Assembly: GCA_035063585.1 (NCBI GenBank)
Contig: JAPSGB010000004.1
Coordinates: 144,095 to 208,094, forward strand
DNA length: 64,000 bases
Direction: 5' to 3'
Source of the DNA: Polyangiaceae bacterium
GTDB taxonomy: Bacteria; Myxococcota_A; Polyangia; Polyangiales; Polyangiaceae
Of the stretch, positions 36,367-45,059 are shown piece by piece. Below the pieces are notes generated by a model. That model worked only from the letters and a program-made list of their open reading frames with translations, was not told where the DNA came from and searched no databases. Position 1 is the stretch's first letter; each line of letters opens with the position of its first letter. The position numbers and the translations under genes were made by a program.

Positions 36367-38283
36367 TCACGCGGGGCGGGGGCGGCGCGCCTCGGCCAGA
36401 GCGCGGAGCTCGCCGCGCCGGAGCCGCCCGACGCGCACCTGGCTCGAGGTGCTCGCGAGCGCGCGGCGGTAGCCGGCGAGCCAGGCGTCCGGCGATGGGC
36501 ATGGCGCCGGCTCGACGCCCGGCGCGAAGGTGAGGTCCACCGTGAGCGGACGGCGCGCGCGGATGATGGCGCGGAGCGCGTGCGGGGGCCATGCCTCGAG
36601 CCCGAGCCCGAGCACGTGTCCGACGCGATAGTCGCTGAGGATGGCTCGGAGCGCGCGCGCCGGCGCGCGCGGTCGCGTCACGCGGTAGTGCGTGGCCTCG
36701 GGCGCGCCGTCGAGCACCTCGGCGAGCGCGATGCCGCCCTCGCCCGGATACGCGAGCAACACGCGCGGGAGCGCGAGGCGCTCGACGAGCGCGAGCACGC
36801 GCGCGCCGTCTGCCCCGGACTCGGCGGGCGGCGCCGACAAGAGCACCAGCACGGCGGCTTCGCGCGCCCGGGGCGCGCGGCGCGCGTGAAACTCGAGCTC
36901 GTCGAGCGCGCGCCGAACCGCTGGCTCGACGGTCGGCGCGGGAGCCGTCCCCGCGACGAGCGCGGCGGCCGCGAGCCGCACCGGGAAGCCCGCCGCCTGC
37001 GCGCGAGCGCTCGGCTCGCCGGCGTCGAGCTCACCCGCCGCCGAGAGCGCGTCGGCAGAGAAGTATACGCAGCCGGGGAACCCACGCTCCAAGAGGGGAT
37101 GACTCGGGCGCGCCGTGCGGCGCGCGAGCGCGGCCAGATGCTTGTCCGCTGCGCTCGGGCCGGGCAGGGCGCAGGCGAGCCCCGGCGCCTCGCCCGCGCG
37201 CGCCGCCGCGCGGAGCGCGCGGAGGAAACCGCGAAACACGCGCACCTCACCCTCGATGAGCACGACATCGCGCGCGCCGCTCACCGCAGGCTCTGCGCGC
37301 GCACGCACCTCGACGCGCGGACATTCGGCGGCGAGCTCACCGAACATCCGAGAGAGCTCCCGGGCTCGGCCGTCGTCCACGAGCGTGATCCGCACGTCGT
37401 TCCGCGTATGCCGGAGCACGCTCTCGACGGTGGCGCGCGCGCTCGCGAGGTCCGCAAGCCCGCGGATGACGACATCCACGCCGCGACGCCCGCGCGCCGC
37501 CACCCGTCTGACGACGACGTGCGTCTCCCCCGGGCGCGCGGGCGAGGGCTCGAGCCGCTCCACCGTGAGCCCGCGCGCCGCGAGCTCCCGCGCAAGCCAC
37601 GCGCGGGTCCACGCGGCGTCGCGGGCGACGAGCACCGCGAGCGTGTCTCCGACGGCGAGCTCGTGCGCCGCACGAGCGAGCGCTCGACCGAGCTCGCGCC
37701 GCCGCGCGCCGAGCTCCACCGGGGCGCGCGGAGGCCCGGCCCCGGGCGGAGCGAAGCGTGGCCCCAGCGCACCGAGCGCGAGCACGCGCGCTTCGCCGCC
37801 CTCGTCGAGCGGGGTGAGCGAGAGCCGCACCGCTCCGCGCAGCGCGCGCTCGAGCGATACGACGATGAGGCGATCGATACCGTCCGCGACGACCTCGAAG
37901 CGAGCCGTGAGCGCGGGCCGCGCGGTTCCGCGCCGGTCCGACAAAATGGAAATCCGGCCCTGGCCGCGCCCGCTCTCGGTGAGCGCGCGCATGCGGATGA
38001 CGAGGGTGCGCGCGCCGCGAGGGAGCTCGAGCGCGGGGGACTCGTAGCTCGCGCCCGGCTCGAGGCGCGCCTCACCGAGCGGGCTCGCGCGCTCGGAGAC
38101 GCCACCGCGCGGCCGCCAACCCGAGAGCGCTGGGCTGCCGATGATGAGGGCGTCGCCGGTGGCGGCGGTGCGCGCGTCGAGGGCATCGAGCCACGCCGCG
38201 AGCTCGAAGGGCGCGGGCGGGGGCGCGGGGCTCGGGCGAAGCGCGCGGGCCGCGCGCTCGAGGAGCTCACCGAAGGACGCCAT
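36367..38283 (-). CDS. Degenerate glycosyltransferase-family-2-like protein
   Basis: 'VDVVI...ATVESVLRHT...ITLVDDG', 'DVVLIEGEVRV', 'GCVYFSADALSAAGELD' resemble GT2 motifs but lack DxD. Confidence 0.5.
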   Translation of the reverse strand: MASFGELLERAARALRPSPAPPPAPFELAAWLDALDARTAATGDALIIGSPALSGWRPRGGVSERASPLGEARLEPGASYESPALELPRGARTLVIRMRALTESGRGQGRISILSDRRGTARPALTARFEVVADGIDRLIVVSLERALRGAVRLSLTPLDEGGEARVLALGALGPRFAPPGAGPPRAPVELGARRRELGRALARAAHELAVGDTLAVLVARDAAWTRAWLARELAARGLTVERLEPSPARPGETHVVVRRVAARGRRGVDVVIRGLADLASARATVESVLRHTRNDVRITLVDDGRARELSRMFGELAAECPRVEVRARAEPAVSGARDVVLIEGEVRVFRGFLRALRAAARAGEAPGLACALPGPSAADKHLAALARRTARPSHPLLERGFPGCVYFSADALSAAGELDAGEPSARAQAAGFPVRLAAAALVAGTAPAPTVEPAVRRALDELEFHARRAPRAREAAVLVLLSAPPAESGADGARVLALVERLALPRVLLAYPGEGGIALAEVLDGAPEATHYRVTRPRAPARALRAILSDYRVGHVLGLGLEAWPPHALRAIIRARRPLTVDLTFAPGVEPAPCPSPDAWLAGYRRALASTSSQVRVGRLRRGELRALAEARRPRPA

Positions 38284-38291
38284 GCTCGGGC

Positions 38292-38996
38292 TCAGGAGCC
38301 ACCGCCCGCGAGCTCGCGGAGCGGCTCGAGCGAGGTGAGCTCGAAGCCGTCGGGAGTCGTGTCGATGAAGCCCTGCTTTTGCCACGCGCTCACGCAGCGA
38401 ATGACCGTCTCGACGCGCGCGCCGACCAGCCGCGCCATGGCGCCGCGCGAGAGCGGCACCGCGATGGTGATGCGGCCCGCTTCGTCTTCATCGCCGAAGC
38501 GATCGGCGAGGTGCAGGAGGAGCGTCGCGACCCGCTGCGCGACCGCGCCCGCGCTCATCACCGCGATCTTGGCGCGGAGCGCGTGGGTGTGATCGAGCAG
38601 CGCGCGGTTCACCGCCTGCGCGAGCTGCGGCTCACGCGGCATGGCCGCGAGCACCGGCTCGGCTTGCACGCGCACCACCTCGACGACCTCGCTCGCGGCG
38701 ATCGCGTCGGCCGGGTAGCGGCCGCGCTCGAGCACCGCCGAGTCGCCGACGCTCTCGCGCGGCCCGAAGAGCGCGAGCAGCGAGCTCTCGCCGCCCGCGG
38801 TCGGCTGTACGATTTGCACCAGGCCGCGCTGAATGATGGTGAACGCCGACGCGTCGGCGCCGGCGCGCCAGAGCGGCTCGTTCTCGCCGAAGCGCGCGAC
38901 GCGGGAGAGCCCGGCGAGCCGAGCGATCCAGGCGTCATCCAGTCCGCGGAAGAGCTTCGATGCCTTCAGGCGCCCTTCGAGCTTACTCGCGTCCAC
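38292..38996 (-). CDS. Crp/Fnr family transcriptional regulator
   Basis: 'LFRGL', 'IQRGLVQI', 'GPRESVGD', C-terminal HTH 'LSRGAMARLVGARVETVIR'. Confidence 0.9.
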   Translation of the reverse strand: MDASKLEGRLKASKLFRGLDDAWIARLAGLSRVARFGENEPLWRAGADASAFTIIQRGLVQIVQPTAGGESSLLALFGPRESVGDSAVLERGRYPADAIAASEVVEVVRVQAEPVLAAMPREPQLAQAVNRALLDHTHALRAKIAVMSAGAVAQRVATLLLHLADRFGDEDEAGRITIAVPLSRGAMARLVGARVETVIRCVSAWQKQGFIDTTPDGFELTSLEPLRELAGGGS

Positions 38997-39112
38997 GGGG
39001 GGAGCCTAGCGCCGGCGAGCGGAGAAGGAACTCCCCGAGCGCCTCCCGGCGCGATCTCGACAATTTTGTCTCCGGGGCGAGCTCATGTCGGCCCCTCGCG
39101 CGTCCAAGGAAC

Positions 39113-39625
39113 ATGACGGCTCGACAAGTCGGCTGCGCCATCCTCGTCCTCTGGGTCGCCGCCGGGTGCGCCGCGGCGCGCCCGAGCCTCGGGCCCCCGG
39201 CGCCCGAGTCGGTGGTAGTCGCCGAGCCAGCTCCCGAGGCGCAGCAAGCGCCGAGCAGCACGGCGAAGGCGGACGGCACCGCCGAGCCACCGCTCGAGAG
39301 CCTCCCCGAGGCCGAGGCCGCGCTCGCGCGCGCGAGCGCCGAGCTCGACGGGCTCTACGGAGCTTCGAGCTCCGAGGTGGGGGCCCGCCCGAGCGCCGCT
39401 GCCCCGGCCGCTCCGGCCGACGCGGCGGGTGCGGCCGCGCCGGCGCAAGCGGCGCGCGCTGAGGGCGGGTCGAGCTGCGAGACGACCTGCCGGGCCTTCG
39501 GCTCGCTCCGTCGCGCCGCAGACGCGGTGTGCCGCCTCGCCGGTGACGACGACTCGCGCTGCGCGCGCGGCCGCAAGCTCGTGGCGGACAACGCCCAGCG
39601 GGTCGCCGCGTGCGGTTGCAAGTAG
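39113..39625 (+). CDS. Hypothetical lipoprotein with C-terminal Cys-rich helical domain
   Basis: Lipobox AAGC, 'CETTCRAFGSL.RAADAVCRL...RC...CGC'. Confidence 0.65.
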   Translation: MTARQVGCAILVLWVAAGCAAARPSLGPPAPESVVVAEPAPEAQQAPSSTAKADGTAEPPLESLPEAEAALARASAELDGLYGASSSEVGARPSAAAPAAPADAAGAAAPAQAARAEGGSSCETTCRAFGSLRRAADAVCRLAGDDDSRCARGRKLVADNAQRVAACGCK

Positions 39626-39723
39626 CGTCGGAGCGGCGCGCTGGCATCGCGGAGCCCGAGGCAGCGCGGCGACCCAAGGCGGGGCGGTGGGAGCGGGTCC
39701 GAGCGGGAACCTCGGAGGTGAAC

Positions 39724-40008
39724 ATGCACTCTCGAAGTCTGCTCCTCACCGTCGTGCTGCTCGGAGTGGCGGGCGCGCCCGCCGTCGCGCGAGCCCAGCC
39801 GGCCGCCGCGCGCCCGACCGGAGTCAAATCGACCGCGGAGCGCAAGGGAGGCTCGGTCTACGAGTACTTCACGGACCAGCTCGGCGCGGCTGGCAACGCC
39901 GCGACCGGGTGGGTGCTGACCATCCGTAAGAGCGCCGCGCGGAGCACGCTCATCCGCCCGCGCGTCAGCTTCGTGCCGGAATTGCTGAAGTCGGCGGACA
40001 CGCTCTGA
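39724..40008 (+). CDS. CglF/GltF-like small secreted protein
   Basis: Signal peptide; C-terminus 'TLIRPRVSFVPELLKSADTL' resembles the CglF-family ending; GGAGG RBS. Confidence 0.6.
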   Translation: MHSRSLLLTVVLLGVAGAPAVARAQPAAARPTGVKSTAERKGGSVYEYFTDQLGAAGNAATGWVLTIRKSAARSTLIRPRVSFVPELLKSADTL

Positions 40009-40101
40009 CCGATGGAGCTCCGTGCGGTTCGACGCGTCGCGGCGAGCGGGCCGTACGGCGCGGGCGCGCTCGCCGCGAGTCGCACTAGACTAGATGCCAA
40101 G

Positions 40102-41058
40102 ATGGCCGCCTCATCCTCGCCGGTCGGCAGGCTCGCGCCGAGCCCGACCGGGCTCCTCCACCTCGGCCACGCGCGGAGCTTCCTCTTCGCGTGGTGGCAT
40201 GCGCGCGCCGCGGGCGGAAGCGTGGTGATGCGGATGGAGGATCTCGACGGCGAGCGCGCGCGTGACGAGCTCGTCGACGCCGCGCTCCGCGATCTCGAGT
40301 GGCTCGGGCTCGACTGGGATGGCGAGGTGGTGCGCCAATCAGCCGGGCTCGAACACCTGGAGGCAGCCCTCGGCGTACTCCTCGAGCGCGGGCTCGCGTA
40401 CCCGTGCGTGTGCACCCGCGGGGAGCTTCGCGGGGCGGTGAGCGCACCGCAGCAGGGTGACGGCGAGGTGCGTTACCCGGGCACCTGCCGCGGGCGCTTC
40501 CGGAGTCGTGAAGAGGCCGAGCGCACCAGCGGGCAGCCGGCGGGGCTTCGTTTCCGTGTGGATGACGGGCCCGTCGTGCTGGACGATCGGCTGGCTGGGA
40601 CGGTGCGCTTCGACGTCGCCCAGGAGGTCGGCGACTTTCTAATCGCGACCAAGCGACGCACGCCCGCCTATCAGCTCGCGGTGGTGGTCGACGACGCGCG
40701 CGCGGGGGTGACCGAGGTCGTGCGCGGTGACGATCTCCTCTCGAGCGCCGCGCGCCAGCGGCTCTTGCAAGACGCGCTCGGGCTGGCGCACGTCGACTAC
40801 TTTCACGTCCCGCTGGTCGTCGACGCGAGCGGACGCCGGCTCGCCAAACGCGAGCGTGACCTCGGACTGGCGGATCTACGCGCGGGCGGCACCGACCCGC
40901 GCGCGCTGGTGGCGTGGGCCGCGCGGAGCGCCGGCCTCGCGGTCGATGAGCGCGTCACCGCGCGTGAAGTCTTGCCGATCTTTACCCTCGCGCGCCTCCC
41001 GCGCGCGCCCTCCCTCCTCGACGCGCCGACCCTCGCGGCGCTCCGGAGCGCGCGGTGA
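40102..41058 (+). CDS. gluQ: tRNA glutamyl-Q(34) synthetase
   Basis: 'GRLAPSPTGLLHLGH', 'RMEDLD', 'YPCVCTR', 'YPGTCR', 'AYQLAVVVDD', 'RLAKR'; no anticodon-binding domain. Confidence 0.92.
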   Translation: MAASSSPVGRLAPSPTGLLHLGHARSFLFAWWHARAAGGSVVMRMEDLDGERARDELVDAALRDLEWLGLDWDGEVVRQSAGLEHLEAALGVLLERGLAYPCVCTRGELRGAVSAPQQGDGEVRYPGTCRGRFRSREEAERTSGQPAGLRFRVDDGPVVLDDRLAGTVRFDVAQEVGDFLIATKRRTPAYQLAVVVDDARAGVTEVVRGDDLLSSAARQRLLQDALGLAHVDYFHVPLVVDASGRRLAKRERDLGLADLRAGGTDPRALVAWAARSAGLAVDERVTAREVLPIFTLARLPRAPSLLDAPTLAALRSAR

Positions 41059-41699
41059 GGCGGCGGGCGCTCCTCGCCTTGCCGGCGCTGCTCGCCGCGC
41101 CGCGGAGCCTCGTCGCGAAACCGCTCGCTCGGCTCGCGCTCCAGCCGCTCGGCGGCGCGCTCGGCGCGGCCGACGTCGCCTTGGTGTCGATCGCGCTACG
41201 GGCCTTCTACGCGGTCGAGGTCACGCCGCTGCCTCGCGTCGCGCTGCCTCGACGCGCGTACTACCCGCCTCGCAAGCGCTACCGCGCCGAGAAGCTGCTC
41301 GATTTCTTGAGCGCTCGGGTACCCGTCGGCGCGCTCGGCGTGCTCGGGCTCACCGCCACGGACATCTCGACGACCAAGGGCGACATCGCGGACTTCGGGA
41401 TCCTGGGGCTCGCCACCATAGACGGACGGGTCGGTGTGCTGTCGTCGTTTCGGTGCCGGCGACGCGCGCGAAGCGCAAGACACGCGCGCGAGCGGCTCGG
41501 CAAGGTCGCCGTCCACGAGCTCGGTCACGCCTTCGGCCTCGAGCACTGCCCGAACCGCGGCTGCCTGATGGAAGACGCCGAGGGCAGCGTGCTCACCTGC
41601 GACCGCGAGTATGAGCTCTGCGCGGACTGCCGCGGCAAGCTCGCCCTGGCCGGGCACCCGCTCGCCGAGGGCGGCGCGCCGCCCTGGCCGCGACCGTGA
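41055..41699 (+). CDS. Archaemetzincin (peptidase M54)
   Basis: 'KVAVHELGHAFGLEHC...CLM...LC..C'. Confidence 0.85.
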   Translation: MRRRALLALPALLAAPRSLVAKPLARLALQPLGGALGAADVALVSIALRAFYAVEVTPLPRVALPRRAYYPPRKRYRAEKLLDFLSARVPVGALGVLGLTATDISTTKGDIADFGILGLATIDGRVGVLSSFRCRRRARSARHARERLGKVAVHELGHAFGLEHCPNRGCLMEDAEGSVLTCDREYELCADCRGKLALAGHPLAEGGAPPWPRP

Positions 41700-41741
41700 G
41701 CGCGGCGCGCAGCGTGCCGCTGCGTGACGCGACGCCGCGCG

Positions 41742-42497
41742 CTACTCCGCGCCGGCTCGGGCGGCGTCGCTCGGTTCGGAGCGCGGGACCGACGACGCCT
41801 CGGCGTGCGCGTCGAATCCGGCGATCTTGCGGAGCTTGCTCACGTCGAGGAGCGTGAAGCCCTCGTCGTCGGTGAGCACGACGCCCTCGTTCTGCCAGCG
41901 GACCATGACCCGCGTGGCCGTCTCGGGAGTGGTGGCGGTGAGCTCCGCGAGCTCATGACGCTGGAGCGGGACCGGAACCCGCCGCGCTCCGCTCGCGAGC
42001 GTGCTGCCGAAATGCTCGTCGAGCTTCAGGAGCTCGGTCGCCACGCGCTCATCGACGCGACCCGCCGCGAGCGCGTCGATCGCGTCGTAGAGCGCCATCA
42101 CCTTGTCGCCGGTCGCCGCGGCGAGCGCCAGCGCGAGCGACGCCTCGCGCGACGCGAGCGTCTCGATGGTTCCAGCGGGGATCAGGGTGGCGGCGCCGTC
42201 GGTGAGAAACACGCTCTCGACCCGCGACGGGATGTGCGCGAGCACCGCGAGATCGCCGAGCACCTCGCCCTTGCCGGAGATCGCGCAGATGGCGGTCTTC
42301 CCGGTGGGGCCGGGCTGCACGATCTTGAGATAGCCGCTCGCGATGACCGCGAGGCCCATCGGGCGCTCACCTACATGCCAGAGGTGTCGGCCCCGCTGGT
42401 ACGTCCGGTAGGTCGCTGCGGCGGCGAGCTCGTCGAGGATGCGCGGGGAGAGCGCGGAGAAGACGGGGCTGTCTTTGATCGACGTCAGCGCATCCAC
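41742..42497 (-). CDS. Crp/Fnr family transcriptional regulator
   Basis: cNMP-like domain 'IASGYLKI', 'GEVLGD', HTH 'LQRHELAELTATTPETATR'; GTG start inferred. Confidence 0.88.
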   Translation of the reverse strand: MDALTSIKDSPVFSALSPRILDELAAAATYRTYQRGRHLWHVGERPMGLAVIASGYLKIVQPGPTGKTAICAISGKGEVLGDLAVLAHIPSRVESVFLTDGAATLIPAGTIETLASREASLALALAAATGDKVMALYDAIDALAAGRVDERVATELLKLDEHFGSTLASGARRVPVPLQRHELAELTATTPETATRVMVRWQNEGVVLTDDEGFTLLDVSKLRKIAGFDAHAEASSVPRSEPSDAARAGAE

Positions 42498-42544
42498 AAT
42501 CACACCTTTGCCATGCAAGGCACATGCCTGGAGGGCTCAATCTA

Positions 42545-42560
42545 GGTGACTCTCGTCATT
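42545..42560. promoter_or_regulatory. Crp/Fnr-type operator candidate
   Basis: GGTGA-ctctcg-TCATT resembles TGTGA-N6-TCACA; upstream of the Crp/Fnr gene. Confidence 0.4.
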
Positions 42561-42754
42561 TACGCAAGGCCTTCAGCGACCTACGCGCGACGGCCGCGCA
42601 CGCGCGGCCCGGTCGCCTGACGGTAGGCCCGAGGGGGGTGTCGGTCCGTCGCGGCCGGCGGCGCGCCGCTCATGCGCCATCGAAGCGAGGTGCGAGCGGC
42701 CGCGGAGCGCGCCTTGCCGGGCCCGAGCCCGGCCTCTATGCTGAGAGCGAGCTC

Positions 42755-43369
42755 GTGACCCCGCACCTGCACGGCCCGCGCTTCGCGGACTCTCTGCTCT
42801 TGTCGGCCACGTCGCCCGAGTGGGCGAGCGTCGCTGCGAGTCAGCTCGACGCGACGCTCGCCGACCACGCGCACTGCGAGAAGAAGGCGGCGGTGAGCGC
42901 GCTCGCGCTCATCAACGACTACCCGGAGGACGCGCGTCTGGTGCGCGCGCTCGGGCACGTCGCGGAGGAAGAGATCGCGCACTTCCGCGAGGTCCACGCG
43001 CGGCTCCTCGAGCGGGGCGCCACGCTCGACCGCGACCGCGGAGATCCCTATGCGCGCGCGCTCCTCGCGCTCGTGCGTAGAGACAACCGCGCCCGCAAGC
43101 TCGACCGGCTGCTCGTGTGCGCGCTCATCGAGGCGCGCTCGTGCGAGCGCTTCGGCCTGCTCCGGGGCGAGCTCGAGCTCCGCGGCGAGGCCGCGCTCGC
43201 GCGCTGGTATCAGCGGCTCGAGTCCGCCGAGGCCGGGCACGCGGCGCTCTTCGTCCACCTCGCGTCCGACGAGCACGGCGAGACGGAGACCACTACGCGA
43301 GTCGGCGAGCTCGCCCGCGAAGAAGCGCGCATCGTCGCTGAGCTCCCACTCGCGCCGCGGATCCACTGA
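42755..43369 (+). CDS. miaE: tRNA-(ms2io6A37) hydroxylase
   Basis: 'DHAHCEKKAA', 'EEIAHF', 'DPYA..L', 'DRLLVCALIEARSCERF', 'EAGH', ends 'PRIH'. Confidence 0.92.
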   Translation: MTPHLHGPRFADSLLLSATSPEWASVAASQLDATLADHAHCEKKAAVSALALINDYPEDARLVRALGHVAEEEIAHFREVHARLLERGATLDRDRGDPYARALLALVRRDNRARKLDRLLVCALIEARSCERFGLLRGELELRGEAALARWYQRLESAEAGHAALFVHLASDEHGETETTTRVGELAREEARIVAELPLAPRIH

Positions 43370-43426
43370 CGCCGCGCGCGGCGCGACGCCGGCCGCGACG
43401 GACCAGCACCCCTCCCTCGCTCGAGC

Positions 43427-45034
43427 TCAACCCGGCTTCTTGGTCAGGGTGAGGATCCAGCGACCGTAGATGTAGATCCCGATCGCGCTCACGATGCCGA
43501 TCACGCCGAGCACCACCCAGAGCAGCCCGACGTGGTGCGAGTCGTGGAGGACCTGGGTGAGGTGCTGCGGCGTCTCTTTCGTGAACTCGACCAGCTTGTC
43601 GAAGGCCTCGCCCTGGTGAATGGCGGAGACGGCGTCGGCGGGCATGCCGCGCTCGAGCAGGAGCTCGCGCGCGAAGCGATCCTTCGAGGCCCAGCGATCA
43701 TAGAGCGCGGGGCCGAGGAACCCCTCGATGCCCCAGCCGACCGCGAGCGGGATCTGCGAGAACCCGAGGTACATCGCCTTCTTGTCGGCGGGCGCGAAGT
43801 TGCCGATGAACTCGCTGAACTTCGGGCTCGAGAGCATCTCGCCGATGGCGAAGATGATGATGGCGAAGACCATCGTCCACCCGGCGACGGACAGCCCGAT
43901 CATGAAGAGCGCGAGGGTGGCGAGCAGCGTACCTACCACCATGCTGGTCGTGGCGCGCATCCTCCCGCTCAGCCACGCGAAGAGGAAGCAGGTCACCATG
44001 ATCATGCCGGCGTCGAGGTTCAGCATGCCTTCGGGCTGGATGTGCGTCCCCTCCTCGTTCATCACCACGAAGAACTTCACGACCGGGTTGGTGGTGCCGT
44101 GATGCCCGAACAGGGTCCGCACGACGTCCGAGGAGTCGACCCAGTCGTCGATGTGGGCCGGGAGGACGTCGAAGAGCGCGTTGAACATGAACCAGAACCC
44201 GCTGAAAATCGCGAGGTAGACCCACACGTGCTTCTTCTTGAGCTCGTGGAGCGACTCGCGAAATAGGCTCTCGCGCCGCTCGTGACCGGCCTTGATCCTG
44301 GCGTTGCGCTCGAGGCGCTCGGCCTTGCCCGGCTCCTTGTAGGTGAGGAGGAAGAGGAAATTCAGGCAGATGATGGCGGCGCACGCGAGAAACACGTACC
44401 GCCACTCCATCTTTCGCATGAACCCGGCGACCAGCGGTCCGAGGAAGCCACCGATGTTGACCGTCTGGTAGAAGACGCCCCACGCCATCGAGCTGTTCTC
44501 GCGACTGGTCGCCTTGACGAGCGTGCCCTGGATACCCGGCTTGAAGATCGCGGTGCCGGTCGCGAGCAGGATCGCTCCGGCGAAGAACCCGCCAAAACTC
44601 GGGAAGAAGGCCATCGTGAGGTAGCCCAAGATCTTCACGATGGTGGAGACGAAGATCGTCTCCTTGTACCCGTAGCGATCGGAGAGTCCGCCGGTGAAGA
44701 CGGGCACCAGCGTCTGCGTCCACGCCCAGGCGGCGAGGATGATGCCGAACGACGTCATCGAGATCCCGAGCCCGCCCTTGCTCACGGGATCCTTGGCGTA
44801 CAGGGTGGCGACCGCCTTCACGCCGTAGAAGGCGAGGCGCTCGACCATCTCCATGCCGCCGCAGATCCAGAACACGTAAGACAGTGAGGCGAGCGCCGCG
44901 AAGAGCCCGAGCTGAGGGACGTCGGCGAGACCGTGGGCGCCGCCCTCGGCTTCGACCGTCGCGGGAGAGGGCGCACCGAGATCCTCGGCGGGGCTCTCGG
45001 TGGTGGGGAGGACGTGCCGGTCGTCGTTGCTCAT
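43427..45034 (-). CDS. MFS transporter, POT/PTR-related
   Basis: 'EMVERLAFYG' ExxER motif, 'GGLSDRYGYK', 'FKP', 'FYQTVNIGGFLGP', 'GEMLSSPK'. Confidence 0.88.
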   Translation of the reverse strand: MSNDDRHVLPTTESPAEDLGAPSPATVEAEGGAHGLADVPQLGLFAALASLSYVFWICGGMEMVERLAFYGVKAVATLYAKDPVSKGGLGISMTSFGIILAAWAWTQTLVPVFTGGLSDRYGYKETIFVSTIVKILGYLTMAFFPSFGGFFAGAILLATGTAIFKPGIQGTLVKATSRENSSMAWGVFYQTVNIGGFLGPLVAGFMRKMEWRYVFLACAAIICLNFLFLLTYKEPGKAERLERNARIKAGHERRESLFRESLHELKKKHVWVYLAIFSGFWFMFNALFDVLPAHIDDWVDSSDVVRTLFGHHGTTNPVVKFFVVMNEEGTHIQPEGMLNLDAGMIMVTCFLFAWLSGRMRATTSMVVGTLLATLALFMIGLSVAGWTMVFAIIIFAIGEMLSSPKFSEFIGNFAPADKKAMYLGFSQIPLAVGWGIEGFLGPALYDRWASKDRFARELLLERGMPADAVSAIHQGEAFDKLVEFTKETPQHLTQVLHDSHHVGLLWVVLGVIGIVSAIGIYIYGRWILTLTKKPG

Positions 45035-45059
45035 CTCGAGTTCGCTCGTGGACTGGGGC

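Noticed and set aside
36328..38592. 754-aa plus-strand ORF
   Set aside because: Arg/Glu-rich antisense shadow; the minus-strand ORF has GT2-like remnants and follows the Crp gene
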